DNA of 62,495 nucleotides, counting the filler, from Choristocarpus tenellus KU-1152 (taxonomy: Eukaryota; Protista; Phaeophyceae): the NCBI GenBank assembly GCA_964200185.2. It is 10 parts of 10 records of this genome, joined end to end, with 100 filler letters (N's around TTAATTAATTAA, not from the genome) between each part and the next. Parts side by side here need not be neighbours in the genome. Positions count along the whole stretch, not along the records: positions 44,965 to 53,055 come from CAXNAD020005164.1; positions 53,156 to 58,154 come from CAXNAD020012222.1; positions 58,255 to 62,495 come from CAXNAD020015525.1; 7 more parts are not named here. One strand, written 5' to 3'. The position numbers were made by a program, and so were the translations under genes. The notes below the pieces were generated by a model. That model was not told where the DNA came from and ran no database searches. It saw only the letters and a program-made list of their open reading frames with translations. Shown here in pieces: positions 47,006 through 61,202 of this stretch; position 1 is the first letter of the stretch, and each line of letters opens with the position of its first letter.

Positions 47006-49737
47006 ATGGTCTTATCGGCTCGTTCGAGACAGGGTGAATCTTGGTGAGTTGTGTGCTGATGGAGTTGCGTGTCGACGGCCTGTCTTTCGCTGGTTGTCAC
47101 TCGCGAAAACGTTGGTTTTGACCGACGAGAGTTTTGCGGTATGTTTATCCATCATTCTGAGAATGCTGCTGCTTAGCTCTAATGATATGTCTTTGGGCAC
47201 GAGATAGACTCAGTCATTGCTTTTGTAACATTCACATGGAATTAGAAACATGGTGCCACCTATTCCATGTTGTCCGTGATCCTCAACTAGTCGTTCCCCA
47301 ATTGCAAGCTTCGTGAAGTTTTTGATTTCTTCCTTAATGTGTCCTCGAGCACAGAAGGGGAAGTCCTCCCTTCACATGGGTCCTTTTTCTGGATCTTTTT
47401 TGGACCTGACTAAACTATTTAAATCCTGTTGACTTGAAAATGTTCAAGACGTGTCCTTTATTTTGCTGTTGGCACCTTTCACCACCACCACACCCCTGAA
47501 GCTGTTCCCTTACACAATCTACTGAGAAGACTCTAGACCCTTGGCTCTGCATTCGCTGACGCTCACCTTATTCCCACCCTTTTTTATCTTGTGCTCTCCC
47601 CTGTAAAACGTGTAACCACCTATGCTGCCGCTTCAAATCTTGTAACTAGCAATAATTTACCCTCGCACCAACCCTTCTTGTCCGTGCCAACAATGCTGCC
47701 CACTCAATCTTTCGCTATCCTGACCGCTTGCAGGGATAAACGTGGCAAGGGACGATGGACATTGCCCGAGCACCGACAATTTTTAGAGGGGTTGAAGAAG
47801 CACGGGAAGGATTGGAAACTCATTGCGGACTTGGTACCGACACGGACAATCGTACAGATACGCACACACGCGCAAAAGTATTTCCTGAAAATTGAAAAGG
47901 GTCAGACGTTTCCGGAAGAGGTAAGTGATTCGAGATTGTGTTAATTGCTTAGGGTCGACCGTATGTATATTCGTCGGTCAAAACAATTCCCGGAAATGCC
48001 ATAGCGAGCAACCATCCCCACCATACATACTTTGCGCAGCGCACATCTCATCATATCTTCATCCAGCGAAGCAAGATGCCACATGTGCTAACTCTAACTT
48101 GGCATTAAACCATAAAACCCTTTGTATTTTATTTTCCATTGCACACCAATAAACACAGCCGTACGAGAGTGATGGAGGTGTCACCGATTCGGGTTATCCA
48201 TCCTCAGATCCAGGAAGTCCTGGGGAGTCCTCGGAAGCCGCCAGTGCCCAAATAGTGACCCCTCCTCCCTCCCCCGAACCAACGCCTCGTCCAACACGGC
48301 GATCAGCGACGTCTATTGCGTTGAAGCGAGCCGCCGCGGCGGCATCATCAGTAACCGTTTCAAATCGATCCCCTCGCTCTAAGCGCCGTACCTCTCTACC
48401 CGCGAGGAGTAAAGAGTCAAGTACCAAACGTAAAAAGTTGGATAGAGTAAAGATTAATGAGGTCATTAGTGGTAATGGGGGAGTAAGACCTACCAGGACT
48501 TCAAAGCGTCAAGGGAGGACAAGCATTGTTGAGAAGATGGATGAGAACCAGAGACCACTCTTGCCACTGGACTTGCCCCACTTCCTACCATCAGAGGAAC
48601 AAGTTGGGATGCAGGAGGGTGAGGCCTCAATGGTCCCCTTCTCGTTGACAGCAGAGGCGCTGGGAGAGCTTGATTCGACGATGTCCCTCGAGCCTTTTTC
48701 GCCACTCCCTGGTTTCAACCTCAGGGTTTCTGGGCTGTTAAGCAATGAGGTGGTGGCATCAGTACATGATGAGGTGGATGCAGCTGAGGTGTGGGCAAGT
48801 GAGAACACCGGGAGTCTCAGCGGGTGAGAGGTTTTCAAGGGGTAGTGGTTAATATGACTTGCTTTGTTGCATTTTGCTTGGGAGTGGTTTGATCCTGATG
48901 ATAACCCTTACATTACTGTGAACCCTGGTTTCATGTAAAGATACTGTAGTTGTATTGCACCCCATTCCTTCACCTTGGATTGTCCACCTATTGGATTATG
49001 TTGTATTTTTTCCCTTTGTTAAAACATTATCATTTACATGCCCCGCTCAAATGATCTTGTTGATAGATCATATATCTGTGACACATCCAACTTCAAATTT
49101 ATTGTTATCCAGCAGCCAGATCTGCTACATACTCAATAATATCACCTCACTCCAACCACCAAATTTGACTTGTTCTATTTCAACCCCATGCTATCCTTGT
49201 GTGTGGCTACCCTATCTGTCTGCTTGTTTTTGTCATTGTTTCAGCAGTTACACTTCGTCGTCGTCCACGTCTGCAACTGATGAGGAAGAAGTTGACCTGA
49301 GAAACGCCTTCCTGGAAGACCACAATCTACTCTACAACCTCTTTGGAGCGGGGGTGCCAAATGACATCACAATTGATGATGGCAGTGGTGCCATTAGCAC
49401 GGGACCACCAGATGAAGCCTTCATGACAGATATCAGAGCTAGTCCTGTGTCGGTGGTAACTGTTGCAGAGGGTGATGGTTCCCTTCGATTAGAAGAGGAG
49501 GGCTCCAAAGGCACAGTTGGAGTTGATCAAGGTGAAAAAATATTGTTGCAGGCACCCTGTCCTCTGATGTTTTCTCCTCTCTCCATGGAGGAGGTTGGAA
49601 ATGTAGAAGGCGAAGAGGGCGTACTTCTAGGAATGGACAATGTGGAGCATGCTACAGAGGCATTTGTGCTAGAGCCAGGCTACTCGGACAGTCTGTATAA
49701 GTTGGTTTTCCCCAAGGGACACGCTGGAGAACTGTAG
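47006..49737 (+). CDS. Single-repeat MYB transcription factor (SHAQKYF class, THAQKYF variant), ~460 aa; exons 47006-47043, 47734-47920, 48159-48823, 49245-49737
   Basis: GRWTLPEHRQFLEGLKKHGKDWKLIADLVPTRTIVQIRTHAQKYF; basic NLS-like region; acidic C-terminus. Intron phases (2, 0, 2) join in frame. Exon 1 is the least certain. Confidence 0.9.
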
Positions 49738-52490
49738 AAAGATAACGAAGGATGGATGGATTTGGGATTGGATGTAGTATGTCGCCAACAGGACAATTAG
49801 GGCTGGGGAAAGGGTGAGGGAGGACAGCATACATGCCGAAGGGAAGGAGACCAAAACGCTAGGAGTCACCAGGTGCTGCAAAAAGATGATAGGGGAGGGA
49901 TGGAAGACGAGGTTGTATGCACAAGGTCTAAAAGGGGTTAGGCACATGGTCTGCAGCTTCCAAATCTATGCGAACTATGCATCTTTGTATTTGGTTAAGG
50001 AGGCTCAGGTTTGGGTAACAGAAGGGGAAGGGGACACACATATTTTCTATTGATTTACTATATGCACATTGTCTCATACCTGTCCCCCCACCCTCCCTTT
50101 ACTGCCTGCCTTACATTTGCCATGCCCCCCCAGGGCTGGCAAAAGAAAACCTTTCCATACCTCAGATCTTCTGAATGACGTTATATTTCACTCCATTCAC
50201 GAGAGGGGTAGGGGTAGATTCAAAAAGGAAAAAAGGGGCGCGATGCACGCGCCTGTTGATGTTGTCTGGAAAGTTGATTTGGAGGGATTTGTATAAAGTT
50301 TGTAGGCAGCTGGACATGTTACTTCATCCTCTGGCTAATTAGCAGTCAGACTGCCTGTGGTAAAATGACATTGGTGCAGGGTGCAGGACTTTCACGCAGG
50401 AGAGATTACCTTTTTTTTCTACATTCTTGGTATCTGTGTTAGAGGGTTGAAGATGTGAAAGAAGGATGCATGTGTGCACGTACACAACACATTCACACAC
50501 ATACATAACCCCTTTTTCAGACTCCTCTTCCTGTACATTCGTGCAGTGCAAAACACAAGGCTAGTGTTCTCACCAGTTGAGAGATGGAGGGGTTGGAGGG
50601 GGTGGGGTATGGAGCAAAAAGGAGTGAATATTTTTATGTTTTTTCATTTGTTTGGGAGCCATAATCGAATCTGCTGGGATTTTTTTCCTTTGCAAATTGT
50701 AAGGGGTATGGAAGGAAAGGAAGGATGGTGGGGGGTGGGGGGGTATGAGGAGATGGAAATAATTAAAATAGTAGAAATGTATGGGGGGCGCTTCTCGCCA
50801 CCCTCTCCCCCCATTGAGGTGGACTGCGGTTGTGTTTGCTATTTTTTGTGATGCCCTTTGTTGGGGCTTATTTCTTGTTGGTGTTGTTGGTTGCTTGCAT
50901 GATTTTCCCACTGTAACCAGATGTGTGTATGTGTGTGTGTGTCCATGTTTTGGGGGAGTTGTATCATGGACAAAAGGGAACACTGAGCCTCAGAGCTGGG
51001 TTCTTTTGAGGCCTTGGTAACTACCAATTTAGAGCCCTACAGGGAGATTGTAGTGACAGGGTAGCAATAATAGGATACGCAGATGTAGAAGGAGATAGTT
51101 AAATGATGAGTGCCATCATGGGCAGATTTGGATAGTGGGGACACTTCTACCTGGCATTCCACACTACCCTTCCCAAATCGCTGTCTGTGTATGCCTGATT
51201 CATTGATGTAAGGGTAGGACTCATACAGTACCCTTTGTGTTGGTTGTGATTGAATGCTTTTTACAGTACTCTTACCTTAAATCTTCCATGCAACGTCTAG
51301 GAACATGATTGCTTTTTTGTGTAAGAGGAAGGTGGGTCGTCAGTAAATATTTGGGGATGGAAAGGATGGAGGATAGAGTCATGGAAACAATGCATGTGGC
51401 TGTAGATGGATACCTCCTCCTCACTCCTCCATCTGTGTGATGATCCACAGTTCACATCCTTCATGTGTTGACTGTGGGTTGTGTAATGCCCTGCTCGTCA
51501 TGCCTTGATATTTCTGCCTGTTGAGAGGGTAGAAACTTAATGAAAAGCATATGGGAAGGTGTTTTTGCTCTAGGCATGTCGATTCTGCTGGATTTGTTTG
51601 TACATCGATGATATTGTCCCTCTCAGGTTTGAATTTCTTGAGGAGAGTACAAATATTTTCGAAGTGAATGTACAAATATTTTCGAAGTGAATGAGCAGAA
51701 GGCTTATGCAGAGGATGGGGGTGGGTGGGCATAGGTGATGCAGAGTCTTCAGCATTGTTTTGAGCTGACCTGCTTTCTTTTCCTAGCTTCTCTTACATCT
51801 GATGTACACATGTTTTCTTCCCACTCAGTGCTATGATGGTTTTATTGACGTTTTTTTGTTCTGTTTGTGTCGTGTTCAAAGGGTGTCTTTTGTCCAATGC
51901 TGGTTGTCATTGTGGGCAATGTTTGGACTACGCACGCACACAAGTGTAGAGAGATGCCCAAAGGGTGGCAGGTGATGATAGTGTGGGAGTTTGAGAGTTT
52001 CATGCCAGCCATCAGTAGGTGGGAAATATATATGAATAGGAAGAGTAGGCCAGGTGTCTTTGAATTCAATACACTATAGTTTGAGAGAGGGAGAGGGAAG
52101 TATGGCAGTGATGCAAGTCGATATGAATATGCAAGAAGATATATATACACTTGATACATATGTTAGGTTATTGGTTACATCGGAAATCTATCAAGATGAT
52201 GAAAAGAGTGAAAAATGCACATATGCTTGCCCGCGAGGCACACCATAGTCTCTTCTGACTTCTTGTCGATATTGTCATGTAGTACTATTGTAGATTTCAT
52301 GTGTCTCCAGGTATTATTCATAGAGATATGGCTACTTGATATGTGTGAGGATACGGGCTTCACAGTTCCCATAGTGGTTGTATTACATCAAGCACTAATT
52401 CAGCAGTGAAACTGAAGTTGAGCAGTTGCAGTAATACTGTGGTGACCATAGTATGTTTGAAGTCCTCAACTGCGCATCATCCGTTGGCTG

Positions 52491-52609
52491 TTACATGCCC
52501 ACCTGTGGGTCCACTGTATCCGCCTTGATTTTCTTCATGGCCAATTGAGTTCTGCCAGTCTTCCACCTATCACTGTTGTTGTTGTACCTGCACTCAGCAG
52601 GAGGAGTTC
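52491..52609 (-). CDS. Possible orphan exon of an unidentified gene
   Basis: TAG acceptor, then open frame TPPAECRYNNNSDRWKTGRTQLAMKKIKADTVDPQVGM*. No family recognised. Confidence 0.3.
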
Positions 52610-52990
52610 CTACTAAGTTACATCAAATGTAACATTCTGAGCACACACCTATGCCAACTTCATAATTGATTGACCAACAAGCTTTTCCACATTATATAGT
52701 GCTGTTACTGTGTGTGTAGCAAGTAGTCTTAGATTAGATTAATTTCTTGAGAAAGACGATAATTGAAAGTGCCTGTGCGAGTGAGTAAAATTGAATGCTT
52801 CACAGAAAATCGGGCAGGTAGGACCTTTCAATAGTCGCAATCTGCCAAGAAGCGCAGAAAGAGGTTCAATGCGATGCTGCTGTCACCCATTCGCAACTCA
52901 ATATGGAATGAATTAGTGAAGCCAATTATCCATGGTTCACTCCCATATATGATTGACAGATTCCCATTCCAATAGTATCTAAATGTATGT

Positions 52991-53055
52991 AACAGTCGAT
53001 TTCAAAAATTGAGGATGGAGCTTTTCGTTGAGGATGGGCTTGACCCAAAATTGAC
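52991..53055 (+). mobile_element. Terminus of repeat family D
   Basis: Near-identical to 30237-30303; the contig ends inside it. Confidence 0.85.
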
Positions 53056-53155
53056 NNNNNNNNNNNNNNNNNNNNNNNNNNNNNNNNNNNNNNNNNNNNT
53101 TAATTAATTAANNNNNNNNNNNNNNNNNNNNNNNNNNNNNNNNNNNNNNNNNNNN

Positions 53156-56056
53156 CTGGCGTAACTGCCACCACTTGGTGTTCCCCCTCGTGATTTCGGA
53201 TTCCCCCCCCCACCCCCCCCTGCCCCACCTTCACCACTCAACCTGCTGCTCCCTGGTGCCACTACTGCTAAAGTTGATGGTACCAGTCCACTTGTATCCA
53301 CTGAGGGGCGCATGAATGCTCGACAACGAGGCTCCCTGTCCTCTCGTGAAAACTGTGCTTGGGAATGACGGGATGCAGGTGACCCAGGGCTGAAGTCTGG
53401 TGAGCCTCGACCAGGACGTGACGGCCGGCGCCGGGCATGCAGCACCTCTCCTGCTCTACCTGCGACTGGTGACTGTCCAGATGGCGGTGGGCCTTGATTG
53501 CCTCCCGATGAGGGCACATCTTGATGATTGGAGATAGCTCCTGTGGTCTCCCTTGTTTGCCCTCCTGTTTGGAGTGGGCTAGTGACCTGACCAGTTGAGA
53601 GGTCAGAGCGCTCAACACCAGGTGAGCCCACTCGGTGGGGGCTCACAGGGTACTCGTCACCCTCACCATAGGAACGAGGGGAGCGTGAGGTGGCATCCGA
53701 TGCTACTGTAGATGCCAAGCTTCTGTAGGAAACATCAGAGTGAGATGCCCTCCTGATGCGGGCAATAGCAGCTGTCTTAGTCAGGCTTTCTATGTCGCTG
53801 ACACTGTTGGCACTGCTGTCATCACTGGCAGGGCTCCGTAGCTTTTTCGAGTTCTGGACTGTGATGAAGGGGTCAGACAGTAGCTCTTTGGCTGTGGCCC
53901 GTTTGGCAGGGTCCCTCACAAAACAACGCAGGAGGAAATTTCGCAAGTCATTTGATATAGATTCAGGAAGGGGTGGTGGATCTGTGTTTTGCTTGACCCA
54001 GTTTTTCAGGGCTACAGGTGTCCGCAGGTTCAGCGTATGCCATGGTGGTTTCCCAGTAGTCATCTCTAGTACGGCCCCACCTAACGACCAGATATCCTGT
54101 TTAGCCAGCATCATCAAGGAAAGAAAAAAACAGGAGAATCAAACTGAGGTTGTATGAATGGATGATGTGGTGACCGGATAGAAAGAGTTGGGATTTGTAA
54201 TTTCACTATTTGCATCCTTGGGAGTGTACTGATGCAAATCTCGTACTTGAAAAAGGATCATAGAAGTATGTCACACAAGGCTCATATCCTTCATGGTTAC
54301 TATGTCCCCTCTACAATATAAACATATCCTTCCTAGCTCTCTATTCTTCACAGTCAGTACTCACCACTTGTGAGCCGTATTCCTTCTGGAGTAGGATCTC
54401 AGGTGCCATGAAGAGCGGTGATCCTACCCTTGTGTGATCCCCCATCCCCAGAAAGCTTTCCATGTCTAACATCTGGAACAATTAGAGGAAATGAGGGTAC
54501 ATCTGATAAGTTCCAACCTCTCACTGTCAATAAAATCTTGTAATCTGTTCCACGAAAGGCATTAGGATAAGAAGATCAATGATTTCCAAAACAAGTGTGT
54601 AAGTTGAAGGATGGAATGCAAGCCATGCATACCTTGGAAGCCCCAAAGTCACACAGCTTCACAACACCCCTGTCATCGATGAGGATGTTGCCTCCCTTAA
54701 TATCTCGATGGATCACACGCTTTTTGTGCAAGTACACCAAACCATGAAGTATCTGCTCTGTGTAACTTGCAATACGCTGATCCGAGAATGGACCGAAGTT
54801 GACAAGAAGGGAGGTGACCGAACCTGGAACCCACTCCTGAAAAATAGATATTGTCTTTTCAATGTCGTTCACCTTGCGAGCATTGGAAGTAACGAAGGAG
54901 GATCATAGGCACAAGGATCAGTATCACACAATTTCGGCTTAGGGCGTAAGTTTGGTTGTGGTCGCCTTGTTGTGAATCTGCTACAGGTCAGGCTGTATCA
55001 ACGCATTGTGCACCGCAGACTAACTAAATAATCCAGTATGCCAAAGCAATCATTATCTAAGAAGTGTTGCTTGTGGGAACTCTGACTCACCTCGGCTCCA
55101 AGGTAGCACACAATATGAGGATGACTGAGGTGGCGCATCAGGTCTATTTCACGGTACAATGCATCCGCCATGTCAGCACGGTGGGAGGACAGGACTTTTA
55201 CAGCGATAAGGTCACCCGAGTCTTCGTTCAGGCCAATGTGCACTGTCCCAAATGACCCCTTACCAATCTCATGCCCAAGCTTCCAGTGGCCAGTTCGCAC
55301 CGGGGCTCGTTTAGGGAGCGATTGTTCGTCCTTCTTCGTCTCGCCGGGGCCTGAGGGCCCATGTTGACAGTCCTCATAGAGATCTTGTTGGAGGCTTCCT
55401 TTCAAGTTAATGTTTAGCCTTGGCAGCTGATCATTTCCACCAGAACACTTGAGAGAGTGAAAATCGGTCTCGGTTGACCTTTGCTCATGAATTGGAGAGG
55501 GCATGTTTCGCGCTCGTGTCACCTTTTTCAACAACATAGAAAGCTTGTCAGCCATATTTCTCCCCATTTCACCGATAGCATCGAACTCATTCACTTGCGC
55601 CCGTTCTTCAGCGACTTGGTTCTTGCTGCTGGGGTTGGTCAGGATGGAGTGTTTGCTGTTGAGAGGGAGACCAGTTCTCAGAGGTGAGCATGCACTAGTG
55701 GGAGACAAAGCCGAAGGTACCAATTTAGACTTGTGCTGCCCAGCCTCGCACGCAATGATGTAGTTCACAAGCGCATGGATTGCCCCTCGTGTGTACTCCG
55801 ATTCACACAACCTTTCCAAGCGGTCCTCGATAGGATGAGTGTCCGGGTTACTTACGAAGTTGTCCATTGCGGTCATCACCTCGGCGATTGTCTCGGGCGA
55901 AAGAGAAAGTTGCTGAAGCGATGTTCTCAGAGGATCTCGCATCTCAGCGGAGATTCCCCTTTCCAATGGGACCTGTTCGTTGGGAATGCAACCCTCCGCC
56001 CACCTGCCATTGTTGTCATCTCGTGGATGAGAGAGGACACTCCCCCCCCCTCCCAT
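53156..56056 (-). CDS. MAP kinase kinase kinase (STE11/MEKK/NPK1-like), 3'-partial; exons 56056-55091, 54872-54633, 54472-54365, 54096-<53156
   Basis: [72 protein letters not shown] introns, all phase 0. Long S/P/G-rich tail. Confidence 0.95.
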
Positions 56057-57540
56057 CGCTACTGCTTATTTCTACTTCTAATATAGTTGCATAGGAGAAC
56101 GTGATCCACACACGGATAGTCCCTTTGTCGCCTCCAATCACTTTTTTCGTTAGTCAAGAGAAGCAAGAGAGGACTCTCAATATTGGATATATTCTCTCAA
56201 CTCGATCAACATCATCCTTTCCCTCAACTCAAAATCAATCCTGAAATACATACACTAACTATATATACTGTACACTTCTATATATTGAATATGAAATATT
56301 AACGGTCACAATAATACCCTACAATACGTCAAAACAGGAGGCGTCTACCAGACAAGGCAGTTACATTATAAATCTAACTCTCATCTGGTATATGATAGGA
56401 CCAAACTGCGGATTTCTTCTACAAATAAAAATACAATGACAATATACTTCAAAGAATGTTCCTTGTTCCCTCTATTTACAATAAACATTAACAAAATAAA
56501 GTGGGGATATCATGTATTGTTATGACTCTATTATAACAATAGTAATTCTAATATGTATCTTGTTATAGAAGTAATATTGTTGAATGAATTTACAACTAGC
56601 ATTTTATCTAGTAGAAAAGTTCGATTAATCGAATTGGATCGAACAAAACAGTTCCCGAGTGGACTGTAACGCCAAGAAGCAAAACTTCAAACCCTCAACA
56701 AGTTTATAGTAGTGAGTTGTAGGTAGTGACACACCTTGTGACGAATGTGTGGTTCTTTTGTGACTTCCAACGAGTTTAGTACTTCCACTTCTACTTGTTT
56801 GTAGTGTGATTTTATTTTATTAACGAATAACCAACCTGTTTCCATCCAGTTATTGGTCTATATTCCTAGTACCAGAACTGATGCCAATTAAAAAACTGCC
56901 ATTATTCACAACAACAAAACAAAATGAGTAGAGGAATCATTCCTGGTGGAGGGGGTGATAAGTGGTGTTGTAGTAGTGGGTGATAGGGAGCAGTTAAGGC
57001 ATGCTTATAACATATTCTCTCCTTCACAACACAAATAAGAAGGAAGTATTAATAGTATGTATGGCGATTTCAAGGTGTGTTGCATGCACTTCAACATACA
57101 GAGGGAGTGGTGGGTGCACAAGAATGAACTTGAAAGACTCATTTGTGGAGTGGAGAATGTTCCCTCCTTGTTTATAGATCATTTTATTCTAGTAGTAAGA
57201 AGTAGTGACAGTTTAGAAGTACTTTTGTTGATAATGATATTAAATATATGCATGTGTATGTCGTTAGTATTAGGTGTTTCTTGTTTTCTTACAGTTTAAA
57301 ATACACCATTACTACTTCATACCTCTTTCTTCACTCTAAGGAAAAGAGACTGTTGTTAATATGGTGTTTATGTTCTTTGTCTAACTGTTCGTTGTTTCTT
57401 CTTGTTCCCTCCATAAATGCATCTTGTGGAAAACGTAATAATATACACAAGAATATGTGAGGGTATAGGACTAGGGCTGTGGAGGTGATGATGGAGGAAG
57501 GCGACGATGGTACACGAGATAGGCAAGGGCGAGGAAAAAA

Positions 57541-57690
57541 GGCTCGAAGTATCTGGGGGGGGAGTGGCTTCTGTCCATTTGGGGTAAATTTTTTCATGTC
57601 GCGATTTTTGGGTGATTTGGTTGCATACGTCGGGTGGATAATGGACACCCTGGTGTAGACCCCCCCCACCACCCTCAGGTACTTTGGGTC
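57541..57690. mobile_element. MITE family B, internally deleted copy
   Basis: GGCTCGAAGTATCTGGGG...CAGGTACTTTGGGTC; flanks AAA/AAA. Confidence 0.9.
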
Positions 57691-58254
57691 AAACATACGT
57701 CGAGGACACAACTCTGCTTCAGGAATAGGTGGATAGGTTTCAGTTTCACAGGATGGCGAAGGTCAGACGGAAAGCAGAATAGGCGCACACAGGGATGGGG
57801 GTTGCGGAGATGATAGAGGAAGGCAACGAAGGTCGCATGGAGAGCAGGACGCCCCCACCTGACCGTGATGAGGAGTAGACAGGAGAGTTGGCAGCAGTAG
57901 ATATCACTGAGATCCAATCGCCAGCCTCCCCCACTGGTGACCCCAACCCACATCTACCTCAGCAACTGGGCCAGCTCACACTGGAACACCGCACGATCTG
58001 CTTTTCCCAGATACAACTGCCACTGGTCCCCTTCACCTACCCACACCCCCTCAATTTGGGCTGTGCATCGACCCTTTACCTCCATGCCCACCCCCTACAC
58101 CCCATCCCATGCCCCACCTACCACACCCCAGCAACCCCGGAACGCTACTATGCTNNNNNNNNNNNNNNNNNNNNNNNNNNNNNNNNNNNNNNNNNNNNTT
58201 AATTAATTAANNNNNNNNNNNNNNNNNNNNNNNNNNNNNNNNNNNNNNNNNNNN

Positions 58255-58324
58255 TCCCAGTCAATTTTGGGTCAAGCCCATCCTCAATGAAAAGCTCCAT
58301 CCTCAATTTTTGGAATCTGCTGTT
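58255..58324 (-). mobile_element. Terminus of repeat family D abutting Gypsy pol
   Basis: Reverse complement of 30237-30303. Confidence 0.85.
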
Positions 58325-61202
58325 CTGAGGGGAAAAAAATCCATTCCCCCAGAATCAGAAACGCTTGTACCTGCTGTAAGTATTGAAACTCCACCTGGTA
58401 CTGTTTTAGAACCACGTATCTGTTCATTTCATGATATTGATTCACTAAATGCCAATGATCCTTGGCAATTTATTATTATTGCTCGAGCAGATACAACGTG
58501 GGATGCTGATGATGGTTCAGGGTTAGGACAAACTGCTTTTATGTCTGCACAAACAAGTCATTTACCGAAGGATACTCTACTTGGTTGCATGTACCCAGTA
58601 GATGTAGTTAACACCACACACTCTCACATTAACACTATATCTTCAACATTTCTACCTCTGCCTGATCAAACTCGTCTTGATAATGCGTTGAAACCTGCTT
58701 TGTTCAACACAACTTTCTCTTCATCTCAAACACACAAAACACTGAATCTTTGTCCCAAATTCCGTTCAGTAATTTCCCTGGACGCCTCTGAATCGGGAAC
58801 TTGCACAATTGCTGAAGCAGATTTTCCTCTCAAACCAGGTGCCAGACCTATTAGTCAGGCACCATATCGAACCAATCCACATGTTACAGGTATTATCGAC
58901 AAATGTATTGAAGATTTACAAAATCAAGGAGGACTAGTTGAAGCTCGTTCTAGCCCATTGGGTTCCCCTGTTGCTATTGTAGCCAAAGCAGATGAGACCC
59001 CAACATTCTGCATTGATTATCGCAGGACTCATATAGCTTTGCTTGAAAAGCTTTTTGTTGCCCTTCAAAAATGCTGACCTTTCTTTACAGCCTTCTAAAC
59101 TGATATTTGTCCCAGCAGAAGTTGAATACCTTGGACATATTGCTTCTAGTACAGGGGTACGCCTTGGAAAGGCTCGCATTCAAGTCATTGCTGACCTACC
59201 CACACCCCAAACAATAAAAAATATTTGTTCTATCCTTGGTACGTGCGATTTTTGCTGAAGGTTTATCCCACATTACACAGACTTGACATAACCCCTCCTA
59301 AGAATTCACACATAGAGAATTCTTAGCACGCCCTTCTGGTGAACTAGGAAAAGCATGGACATCAATCCATGATACCACATTTACAAAAACTACAACGACA
59401 TTAACCTTGGCCCGTCTCTTACACTATCCTAATTTCTCAAAATCTTTTTTAATGCATGTGGATGCTTCAAATTTGGACAGCAGTGGTTTTCTAGTTCAAA
59501 GCGTGTCAAATGACTCGACGTACACCTCCCTTCATATTGTGGTTTATTTCAGCAAGAAATCTGATGGAGTGCAATGAAATTACTCAGTCACATATAAAGA
59601 ATGTTTAGCAGTAGTCCATACTATTAACCACTGCCATCCATATCTTTGGAGTCGACATTTTGATTTATTCACTGACCATGCGGCACTCCGATATCTTGAT
59701 TGCATACAAGATACAGATAATATGTTCGCACGTGGGGCTCTTGCTCTCCAATGCTTCGACTTTACAGTTCATCACAAACCAGGTATAGACAATGTTGTAA
59801 CTGATGCCCTTTCTCGCCTCTTTGAGAATGAGATCAATTGAATGCTGAAGGTACTCGCCCCTATTTGCAGGAATATTCCGGAGAAATTCATTGTCAAATA
59901 CTTCAGCCTCACGTCAAGCATATAAAATATATATCCAGATCACCTTCATGAATTAGATATAATTTAGAGTGACCGCGAACTTTTTAGTTGTTCCGTGAGT
60001 ATCTTCCCAACTTTGGACCACATCGAAATCCACTCAGTACAAATGAATAGATTTCCCATTTATTTTGGAGTATTTTGAGACCCCCAACTGTCCAGTACAA
60101 GACCACTTTCCAGGGATGCTGGTATGTTCTTACGGCTATCTGCCAATTGACACGCTTTGCTTTTCTCATTCCCACTCCAGACAAACAAGAGGCGACAATT
60201 GCCAAAACCTGCTGATATAATATTTTCAATATTAGGTGCACCTGAAATTATTCACTCTGTTTTAAGTTCAGAATTTGAAAATATACTTGTTCTGGAATTA
60301 CAGTGTTTAGGTACCATAAAACTAGTACCACACCAATGCATCACAGGGTAACTTTGTTTTAAAGTGTTTTAATTCCACTCTGTATGAGGTGCTATTCATG
60401 TACAGTAACATTACAGAGAACAATTGGGATACTGTTGTTCCGTTCTTTCAGCTTGTTCAAAATATGGTGTGCAACACCACATTACAAGGGTTTTTTTTCT
60501 GCTTTTTTGAAGCCTTCCATATATATATATATGGTCTATTCAAGTCAACTGTATCTCAATCTAGTCAAGAGTTTACTCAATCAACAGCTGAGAATTTACA
60601 GTTCACGGTTGAATTAGACCGTCGCAATCTGGGAGAACGGAACGCTAAAAGAATCGGTAACAATGAAGCTCTTGTTTTCCCCATGTTTCATGTCGGAGTG
60701 AAGTCTTGATACATTGTCCACACGCTGACCATGTGGAACTAATCCCAAATTGATTCACCCCTGGTGTGGACCTTTCACAGTGACTGCCAAGATTTCCCCT
60801 GTAGTTTACTGTGTCCGAAAACAAGGTTACATCAAAGATATTTCTGTTCACTTAGCCTATTTGAAACCTTACATTCCGAACGCACAACCGCCTGAACTTG
60901 ATTTTATTAAGCTCAACATATTTTTTTGCTGTACTTCAACCTTACCAGATCTTGATGACTTTGAATTCCCGTTAACTATTGGTCTTTCTATTATTGAAGC
61001 AATTGTGGGGCGCAAGTTTGGCCGTGGACCTCGTTCACCTAATGAACATAGAATATCGATTGCGACAATAAAATGTGATCGTGCCTCTGATGTATTCTAT
61101 CGTCTATGCGATTTGCCCCAATGTACAGAAGTCATTTCTGCACATCGACAACAACATTGTCTGGATACACCCAATTCCAACACTACACCTTACTTAGGAT
61201 AA
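58325..61202 (+). mobile_element. Ty3/Gypsy pol remnant (RT with core deleted, RNase H, integrase, chromodomain-like end); same family as 13195-15050
   Basis: APYRTNP, SPLGSPVAIVAKAD..FCIDYR, VEYLGH, FTDHAALRYL, NWDTVVPFFQL, HPWCGPFTV (GPY/F) and a chromodomain-like IEAIVGRK...LPQC. Direct nucleotide homology to the contig-3 copy. Confidence 0.92.

Noticed and set aside
48194-56094. Long antisense ORFs overlapping the MYB and MAP3K exons
   Set aside because: Typical shadow ORFs of GC-richer coding exons; no independent motifs or splice support.
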